64,000 bases of DNA from Macrostomum lignano (lineage: Eukaryota). The position numbers and the translations under genes were made by a program. The DNA lies in NCBI GenBank assembly GCA_002269645.1, contig NIVC01000061.1:248001-312000 (forward strand), in the 5' to 3' direction. Shown piece after piece: positions 54,263 to 64,000 of the stretch. Every line of letters begins with the position of its first letter. The stretch's first letter is position 1. The notes under the pieces are model-generated. The model did no database searches. It saw only the letters and a program-made list of their open reading frames with translations, and was not told the DNA's origin.

Positions 54263-55120
54263 TCTAGACATTGACTAGATCATGCTGTAATCAATCTCTA
54301 GACATTGACTAGATCATGCTGTAATCAGTCTCTAGACATTGACTAGATCATGCTGTAATCAGTCTCTAGACATTGACTAGATCATGCTGTAATCAGTCTC
54401 TAGACATTGACTAGATCATGCTGTAATCAGTCTCTAGACATTGACTAGATCATACTGTAATCAGTCTCTAGACATTGACTAGATCATTCTGTAATCAGTC
54501 TCTAGACATTGACTAGATCATACTGTAATCAGTCTCTAGACATTGACTAGATCATGCTGTAATCAGTCTCTAGGCATTGACTAGATCATGCTGTAATCAG
54601 TCTCTAGACATTGACTAGATCATGCTGTAATCAGTCTCTAGACATTGACTAGATCATGCTGTAATCAGTCTCTAGACATTGACTAGATCATGCTGTAATC
54701 AGTCTCTAGACATTGACTAGATCATGCTGTAATCAGTCTCTAGACATTGACTAGATCATGCTGTAATCAGTCTCTAGACATTGACTAGATCATGCTGTAA
54801 TCAATCTCTAGACATTGACTAGATCATGCTGTAATCAGTCTCTAGACATTGACTAGATCATGCTGTAATCAGTCTCTAGACATTGACTAGATCATGCTGT
54901 AATCAGTCTCTAGACATTGACTAGATCATGCTGTAATCAATCTCTAGACATTGACTAGATCATGCTGTAATCAGTCTCTAGACATTGACTAGATCATGCT
55001 GTAATCAGTCTCTAGCCATTGACTAGATCATGCTGTAATCAGTCTCTAGACATTGACTAGATCATGCTGTAATCAGTCTCTAGACATTGACTAGATCATG
55101 CTGTAATCAGTCTCTAGACA
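54263..55120. repeat. 34-bp minisatellite (tctagacattgactagatcatgctgtaatcagtc), about 25 copies
   Basis: Period 34 (54263, 54297). Confidence 0.96.
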
Positions 55121-55867
55121 ATGCCTGCGTCGACCCAGCCAAACTGCAACTCATTTTATGTCCAGCATCTCTGGAAGACTCGACTTAGTGAGCTCCACAG
55201 CCCCCCTGCCGTCAATCCTTTCGGGGATCAGCTAACTCTCGCAATCTGTCCACTAATGCCGTCCCCTCCCCGCGGGCCCATGAGAGACCGTAAAACCCGC
55301 AGTCCAAGTTGCCTTCTTATTGCTTCTGGTTCCCCTGGGCATTATTTATGGGATTTAGGGATCACAGCTGGCTTGTCATGGCTCAAAGCTAGAGAGCCTA
55401 GAAGCGAACTACTCGCATCTTGACTATGCCTGAGCAGTCGTGGTAAACAGCCCGTGTTCTGTACTACCAGCTCTGTCCAGACAGTCAGAGACAGTTAAAT
55501 GCTCCCTACCAATCAAATGTACATGCAGAACTCAGTAAGTCTTGCTAGCCAGGTGCACGAGTGTGCCAAAATTCATTAATTAACACAGATTTGCGACTTT
55601 AAAAAAGGCTGTTAGAGATGAAATTGTGTGTACTTTTATCAGTCAGTGAGAGAACTATAGTGACTGACAGTGGTGCTGTGGCGTGATGCAGGCACTAGAG
55701 CTATCGAACTCAACTTTCACCGTCAACAGTGGGTCAGCACATTCCACTCTTAATTCCTTAACGGTGGAATTCCATCATTTTCTGAATCTTGCAACCCCTT
55801 CAGTCTCAACCCCCTAAAATCTCACTCTTAGTACCTCACAATAGAAATCTGATCGCTTCAATTTCAC

Positions 55868-56451
55868 TCCTTCCATCTCACTCCTTCCATCTCACTCCTT
55901 CCATCTCACTCCTTCCATCTCACTCCTTCCATCTCACTCCTTCCATCTCACTCCTTCCATCTCACTCCTTCCATCTCACTCCTTCCATCTCACTCCTTCC
56001 ATCTCACTCCTTCCATCTCACTCCTTCCATCTCACTCCTTCCATCTCACTCCTTCCATCTCACTCCCTCCATCTCACTCCTTCCATCTCACTCCTTCCAT
56101 CTCACTCCTTCCATCTCACTCCTTCCATCTCACTCCTTCCATCTCACTTCTTCCATCTCACTCCTTCCATCTCACTCCTTCCATCTCACTTCTTCCATCT
56201 CACTTCTTCCATCTCACTCCTTCCATCTCACTCCTTCCATCTCACTTCTTCCATCTCACTCCTTCCATCTCACTCCTTCCATCTCACTCCTTCCATCTCA
56301 CTCCTTCCATCTCACTCCTTCCATCTCACTCCTTCCATCTCACTTCTTCCATCTCACTCCTTCCATCTCACTTCTTCCATCTCACTCCTTCCATCTCACT
56401 CCTTCCATCTCACTCCTTCCATCTCACTCCTTCCATCTCACTCCTTCCATC
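55868..56451. repeat. 14-bp minisatellite (ccatctcactcctt)n
   Basis: Direct inspection. Confidence 0.96.
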
Positions 56452-56991
56452 TAGCCGTTTCCCAATCTGTAGACCTTGAACTACTATAATTTTCTCTCGC
56501 TAGTTGCAATTATTAGGCGCTACGTACAAATAGCAATCAGAAGGCACCACCACGCGACGCCCACTGTTTTAGGGTTGGCCGATCTGTGCGCCTTGTAAGC
56601 GACGGCAGGGCCGGCTTGATCCCGTGTGGTGCACAGGTTAAATTGTTCTGCAAGCAAGCGAAAAACTGCTTCGGCATTTTCTTGCCGCAGAGAAAACCAG
56701 CGAAAACTGATAGGAGCGCCTCGGAAACATCGGTCTGCCTCCCTTAACCCCCCAACACACAGAGCCCTTCGCCAGTTTCTCCCTGCACACCTGGGCGCAG
56801 CAGCGTAGAAATTGCGCCGCTAATAATGAAAGGCGGAGAGGGATGAAAATGCAGTTGGCGCCGACAGGATAGGCTTATCCCTTGTCTGAACTGGGCTGCA
56901 GTTTATTGGGATCAGAGTGTGCAGCCGTCATCTGCTGGGCAACGCGTCCCTTCAGATGGTTGGAAGGGTGGTAGGGGAGAAAAACTGATAT

Positions 56992-57501
<510 letters not shown>

Positions 57502-58002
57502 ACGAGTAGATGGGCTCCTGTCAAAGCTTCTAATCCCCGTTATCCCCAACGCTCTTCAGCCATGGATTGCTGCACGCTGATAGCCGCTGCAAGCGGCCTT
57601 CGGCCACTGGAATTTCGCGCAATTTCCCTATCGACGAAAGAAAGCAAGCCGTCAGTACCGGCTGTACTTGTTGCAGCTGCTGTACGGGGCTAACTTGCAC
57701 TATTCAGCCACAGCGCAGTGCAAGCGTGTTGTTTTTTTTCCAGAAAAATGAATGGCAGGATAGAAATTTCCGTGCGGGTTGTTAGATGCGGTTCGAACTG
57801 AGAACCACACGAGCGGCAACATCCCTCTTCTACTAGTAGCATACAAGCAATTATCTGGGCACCACTGCGCAGAAAGATGCAGACTGCAATTTGTGTCGAC
57901 AATGAAGATTTTTTCTGGTAAATGAACTTTCATTTTAGCAATAGGAGCGTACAGTGTATTTAATCCTTTCATCAATGCCGATAAATGGGAATGAGAGGGA
58001 AG

Positions 58003-58490
58003 TGGAAGAGAGGAGACAGGGAGGGAAGAGAGGAGACAGGGAGGGAAGAGAGGAGACAGGGAGGGAAGAGAGGAGACAGGGAGGGAAGAGAGGAGACAGG
58101 GAGGGAAGAGAGGAGACAGGGAGGGAAGAGAGGAGACAGGGAGGGAAGAGAGGAGACAGGGAGGGAAGAGAGGAGACAGGGAGGGAAGAGAGGAGACAGG
58201 GAGGGAAGAGAGGAGACAGGGAGGGAAGAGAGGAGACAGGGAGGGAAGAGAGGAGACAGGGAGGGAAGAGAGGAGACAGGGAGGGAAGAGAGGAGACAGG
58301 GAGGGAAGAGAGGAGACAGGGAGGGAAGAGAGGAGACAGGGAGGGAAGAGAGGAGACAGGGAGGGAAGAGAGGAGACAGGGAGGGAAGAGAGGAGACAGG
58401 GAGGGAAGAGAGGAGACAGGGAGGGAAGAGAGGAGACAGGGAGGGAAGAGAGGAGACAGGGAGGGAAGATAGGAGACAGGGAGCGAAGAT
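58003..58490. repeat. 20-bp purine minisatellite (gagggaagagaggagacagg)n, about 24 near-perfect copies
   Basis: Direct inspection. Confidence 0.97.
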
Positions 58491-58964
58491 AGGAGAGAGA
58501 AACTGAAGGTAATGAGAAGAGAGAAGGGTGAGAGGTAATGGAAGTGATGGAGAGAGGTAGCATAGGCAATGAATTAACCAGTAAAAATGCATTGCATCCC
58601 ATTTCAGTGAAATTCTGAGCAAACACTTCAGATTTGCTGACTCATTTCTGTCCCAGCAAATTTGCATTCAAATTGGGCAGCTGACATCAATTGCCGCGCG
58701 AAGCTGTGATTATTGCAGCTGGGTTCAGGAAGGCATGCGTCATCGATCTGGGATTTGGTTGAGAGGATTTATATTGCGTAACTTCCTGATAATCATATAC
58801 ATGTAAATGCTTTTGCGTTTGTTCAGTGAAGACCCAGTTAATACCGGATGTGTTGCTAATTACTATTGTATCGACATCGTGCTTCATATTTACTACTTTT
58901 AGTAGTTCTTTAGTTTCCAGGGAAACTTAATTGGATGCTGCCGAAAATCCACTCGCATATATGT

Positions 58965-59395
58965 CCCCCTGTCCCCTTTGTATCCCTATTGTGTCCTTGA
59001 TGTGTCTCCCTGTCCCCTATGTATCCCTATTGTGTCCTTGATGTGTCCCCCTGTCCCCTATGTATCCCTATTGTGTCCTTGATGTGTCCCCCTGTCCTCT
59101 ATGTATCCCTATTGTGTCCTTGATGTGTCCCCCTGTCCCCTATGTATCCCTATTGTGTCCTTGATGTGTCTCCCTGTCCCCTATGTATCCCTATTGTGTC
59201 CTTGATGTGTCCCCCTGTCCCCTATGTATCCCTATTGTGTCCTTGATGTGTCCCCCTGTCCTCTATGTATCCCTATTGTGTCCTTGATGTGTCCCCCTGT
59301 CCCCTATGTATCCCTATTGTGTCCTTGATGTGTCCCCCTGTCCCCTATGTATCCCTATTGTGTCCTTGATGTGTCCCCCTGTCTCCTATGTGTCT
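58965..59395. repeat. 41-bp minisatellite, about 10 copies
   Basis: tatccctatt at 58981, 59022 and 59063. Confidence 0.93.
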
Positions 59396-59486
59396 TCCTG
59401 TCCTCCCCACAGCTTCGTGCCCAGCGGCTCGCAGTGAAGACGCTGCTGTGGTCGTATTGCTGTGCTGCGTTCGTAACTAATAATGG

Positions 59487-61210
59487 TCATTAGTCACAGT
59501 TCATTAGTCATTAGTCGCAGTTCATTTAGTCATTAGTCACGGTTCATTAGTCACTAGTCACAGTTCATTAGTCATTAGTCGCAGTTCATTTAGTCATTAG
59601 TCACAGTTCATTAGTCATTAATCGCAGTTCATTTAGTCATTAGTCACAGTTCAATAGTCACTAGTCACAGTTCATTAGTCATTAGTCGCAGTTCATTTAG
59701 TCATTAGTCACAGTTCATTAGTCATTAGTTCCTAAATTTACATACCATTGCGGTAGCGCTTTTGAATTCGTGTGCTCGCTTGTAGTGACTAAACTGCGAA
59801 TAATGACTAACGTCACTAATGGATAACAAACTGTGGCTAATGACTAACAAAGTGTCCCTAATGATTAGCAAAGTGTCACTAATGGCTCAAACTGTGGCTA
59901 ATGGCTAACAAACTGTGACTAGTGACTAACAAACTGTGACTAGTGACTAACAAACTGTGACTAGTGACTAACAAACTGTGACTAGTGACTAACAAACTGT
60001 GACTGGTGACTAACAAACTGTGACTAGTGACTAATAAACTGTGACTAGTGACTAACAAACTGTGACTAGTGACTAATAAACTGTCACTAGTGACTAATAA
60101 AGTGCGACTAGTGACTAATAAACTGTGACTAGTGACTCATAAACTGCGACTAGTGACTAATAAACTGTGACTAGTGACTCATAAACTGCGACTAGTGACT
60201 AATAAACTGTGACTAGTGACTCATAAACTGCGACTAGTGACTAATAAACTGTGACTAGTGACTAATAAACTGTGACTAGTGACTAATAAACTGCGACTAG
60301 TGACTAATAAACTGTGACTAATGACTAATAAACTGTAACTAGTGACTAACAAACTGTGACTAGTGACTAATAAACTGCGACTAGTGACTAATAAACTGTG
60401 ACTAATGACTAATAAACTGTGACTAGTGACTAACAAACTGTGACTAGTGACTCATAAACTGTGACTAGTGACTAATAAACTGCGACTAGTGACTAACAAA
60501 CTGTGACTAGTGACTAACAAACTGTGACTAGTGACTAACAAAATGTGACTAGTGACTAATAAACTGTGACTAGTGACTAACAAACTGTGACTAGTGACTA
60601 ACAAACTGTGACTAGTGACTAATAAACTGTGACTAGTGACTAATAAACTGTGACTAGTGACTAATAAACTGTGACTAGTGACTAATAAACTGTGACTAGT
60701 GACTAACAAACTGTGACTAGTGACTAACAAACTGTGACTAGTGACTAATAAACTGTGACTAGTGACTAACAAACTGTGACTAGTGACTAATAAACTGTGA
60801 CTAGTGACTAACAAACTGTGACTAGTGACTAACAAACTGTGACTAGTGACTAACAAACTGTGACTAGTGACTAATAAACTGTGACTAGTGACTAATAAAC
60901 TGTGACTAGTGACTAACAAACTGTGACTAGTGACTAATAAACTGTGACTAGTGACTAACAAACTGTGACTAGTGACTAACAAACTGTTACTAGTGACTAA
61001 CAAACTGTGACTAGTGACTAACAAACTGTGACTAGTGACTAATAAACTGTGACTAGTGACTAATAAACTGTGACTAGTGACTAACAAACTGTGACTAGTG
61101 ACTAACAAACTGTGACTAGTGACTAACAAACTGTGACTAGTGACTAATAAACTGTGACTAGTGACTAATAAACTGTGACTAGTGACTAACAAACTGTGAC
61201 TAGTGACTAA
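59487..61210. repeat. Inverted pair of related arrays: (tcattagtcacagt-type) 59487-59730 facing (actagtgactaa[c/t]aaactgtg, 21 bp) 59790-61210
   Basis: The left array is reverse-complementary to the right unit; about 65 copies on the right. Confidence 0.9.
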
Positions 61211-61849
61211 TGAATTATGAATGATGGACCAAAGTGTAGGAGTGAATGTTCTATTATGTATTGCAGTTGGCAGACGCTGATATAAGCTAATTATGTTTAC
61301 ATCAGACTATAAATATAGGAGACAAAGTCCCCAACTTGGCTCTAAGAAGTCGTGTGTAGCCAAAATCAGTCTTCGGATTCTTGCCTAGGGTCGAATCCAG
61401 TCAAGACAAGAACTCAAAACATTATGGTAAAGACTGATAAGAGAAATAGGCAGCGTTTTACCTGCCAACAAATGAACGAGTTGTTAAACACGATAGTCAA
61501 GAGCGGTGTTGGTGTTGATTCACACCTGTCCGTATTCAATTGGTCTGTTGATTTCCCAACTGTTTGCTGCGGTGCTTGTAAAACTTTTCCAATTTAAAGG
61601 ACTGAAGTTTTATGGCTTAATTGTCAGCTTTTTATTAGTTGAGTTTAATCACCTCAGGTGCGAACTGGGACACTTCTTCTCGTAAAACTGTTCTGTGATT
61701 ATAAACGATTATAAACTGATGTTGAATAAACTGGGTTCACAAAACCGATAATAACGTGAGAGCTAAAGCAAACCATATGTTGAGTTTTTATTGTTTATTG
61801 GCTGCATTGACTGACAAAATAAATTTCTTGGCCAAGACAGAGAAAAAGT

Positions 61850-63245
61850 GCTGTGTGAATGCAGCCTGAGTATTGTGTGAATTCCATGTAAACAGTGTGT
61901 GAATGCGGTCTGAGTATTGTGTGAATTCCATTGTAAACAGTGTGTGAATGCGGTCTGAGTATTGTGTGAATTCCATTGTAAACAGAGTGTGAATGCGGTC
62001 TGAGTATTGTGTGAATTCCATTGTAAACAGAGTGTGAATGCGGTCTGAGTATTGTGTGAATTCCATTGTGAACAGAGTGTGAATGCGGTCTGAGTATTGT
62101 GTGAATTCCATTGTGAACAGAGTGTGAATGCGGTCTGAGTATTGTGTGAATTCCATTATGAAGAAAGTGTGAATGCGGTCTGAGTATTGTGTGAATTCCA
62201 TTGTGAACAGAGTGTGAATGCGGTCTGAGTATTGTGTGAATTCCATTGTAAACAGAGTGTGAATGCGGTCTGAGTATTGTGTGAATTCCATTGTGAACAG
62301 AGTGTGAATGCGGTCTGAGTATTGTGTGAATTCCATTATGAAGAAAGTGTGAATGCGGTCTGAGTATTGTGTGAATTCCATTGTAAACAGAGTGTGAATG
62401 CGGTCTGAGTATTGTGTGAATTCCATTGTAAACAGAGTGTGAATGCGGTCTGAGTATTGTGTGAATTCCATTGTGAACAGAGTGTGAATGCGGTCTGAGT
62501 ATTGTGTGAATTCCATTATGAAGAAAGTGTGAATGCGGTCTGAGTATTGTGTGAATTCCATTGTGAACAGAGTGTGAATGCGGTCTGAGTATTGTGTGAA
62601 TTCCATTATGAAGAAAGTGTGAATGCAGCCTGAGTATTGTGTGAATTCCATTGTAAACAGAGTGTGAATGCGGTCTGAGTATTGTGTGAATTCCATTGTA
62701 AACAGTGTGTGAATGCGGTCTGAGTATTGTGTGAATTCCATTGTAAACAGAGTGTGAATGCGGTCTGAGTATTGTGTGAATTCCATTGTGAACAGAGTGT
62801 GAATGCGGTCTGAGTATTGTGTGAATTCCATTATGAAGAAAGTGTGAATGCGGTCTGAGTATTGTGTGAATTCCATTATGAAGAAAGTGTGAATGCAGCC
62901 TGAGTATTGTGTGAATTCCATTATGAAGAAAGTGTGAATGCAGCCTGAGTATTGTGTGAATTCCATTGTGAACAGTGTGTGAATGCGGTCTGAGTATTGT
63001 GTGAATTCCATTGTAAACAGTGTGTGAATGCGGTCTGAGTATTGTGTGAATTCCATTATGAAGAAAGTGTGAATGCAGCCTGAGTATTGTGTGAATTCCA
63101 TTATGAAGAAAGTGTGAATGCAGCCTGAGTATTGTGTGAATTCCATTGTGAACAGTGTGTGAATGCGGTCTGAGTATTGTGTGAATTCCATTGTAAACAG
63201 TGTGTGACTGCGGTCTGAGTATTGTGCGACTCTCATTGTGAACAG
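61850..63245. repeat. 45-bp minisatellite, about 31 copies, three recurring variants
   Basis: Period 45; variants gtaaacag, gtgaacag and atgaagaa. Confidence 0.96.
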
Positions 63246-63922
63246 TGTATATGAATGTAGCTGGTCGTTTGAGCATTGCGTGAATCCCATTGTGAACATT
63301 AGAATCCCAAATTGTCAATCGGCGTACCGCACACTGCTTGCAGTGAAGATTTTGCAGTTGGGGTGGGTAGAGTGGGCTAAACTGCAGTGCGGTGACTCAG
63401 CAGTGGCGGGGAGGGCTTCCCAGGGCCGGGGGTTGTCCAAGCAGAAAACAAACCCTGGGAAAGGACAAAGTGGAGAGAGGGGGGATTTGCGCGGCCCGGA
63501 GCTGGGAGGTTTGCAGGGGGCTGTTTGCGGAACCCGATCTGCTGGGGCGGGGGCCGGGTGCAGCGCGGGACGGCCTGAATGGGGGGGGTTGTGTTTTTGG
63601 AACTGAATGAACGCGCGCGCATTCTCCTGCCTTATAGCCGTAGCCTTGCTCGTCTGCCGTGCCATTCATTCATTCACCTTTCCTCACCTCATTTTCATTC
63701 GCTAATTTAGCAAGAAACTCCAACAACCAACTACGGCGAGGAAGACAACGGAGACCAAGGCGTCAGGGACGGGCGGCTCTGTCCAATCATGTCGCGGAGG
63801 GGGCTTGGAGACTCCAGCTAGGAATTGCGCAAATAAATTTGTGCGCAAATAAATTTGCATGGCGACTCTGAGCGGCCTTGCCCGGATCGAGCCCGGAATG
63901 TCTTAGCAGCTGGTGGCCGGTC

Positions 63923-64000
63923 ATGCAAACGCTACACATGGCAGCGACTGTGCTTCTGCTGCTGGCCTCAGCGACTGCCGAGTCCTCATTCGATGGCGAC
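63923..64000 (+). CDS. Probable 5' end of a secreted or membrane protein gene running off the window (MQTLHMAATVLLLLASATAESSFDGD...)
   Basis: Hydrophobic signal-peptide-like stretch with an A-T-A cleavage motif, open to the window end, preceded by a GC-rich promoter-like region (63380-63620). Confidence 0.4.
   Translation, partial: MQTLHMAATVLLLLASATAESSFDGD

Noticed and set aside
57560-58890. Protein-like short ORFs flanking the 20-bp purine array (e.g. MKHDVDTIVISNTSG...)
   Set aside because: No recognisable domain or consistent splice structure could be built.

Overview
Eukaryotic (invertebrate animal) genomic DNA with spliceosomal GT-AG introns, GC-rich coding exons and roughly a third of the window in micro/minisatellites. 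The style resembles a free-living flatworm such as Macrostomum; that is inference only. Five protein-coding genes were reconstructed by hand: cathepsin L (-, 4 exons, 331 aa), group XII secreted phospholipase A2 (+, 4 exons, 227 aa, ending EEL), calcineurin A catalytic subunit (-, 10 exons over 27.3 kb, 509 aa), CFAP68/C11orf1-like ciliary protein (+, 2 exons, 131 aa) and an intronless orphan rhodopsin-class GPCR (+). A probable signal-peptide start of a sixth gene lies at the window end. Mobile DNA is abundant. It includes a 2,034-bp Ty3/Gypsy element with identical LTRs encoding only Gag+protease, a family of P-superfamily-like non-autonomous elements (CAAGGACTACT TIRs, 8-bp TSDs, decayed THAP domain), a solo LTR nested in one of their TIRs, hAT-like and Tc1/mariner-like MITEs, a LINE 3' remnant and a decayed Crypton-like fragment. 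Nearly all very long ORFs in the supplied track are artefacts of tandem repeats. No rRNA, tRNA or CRISPR array was found. Repeat coordinates and copy numbers are by-eye estimates.
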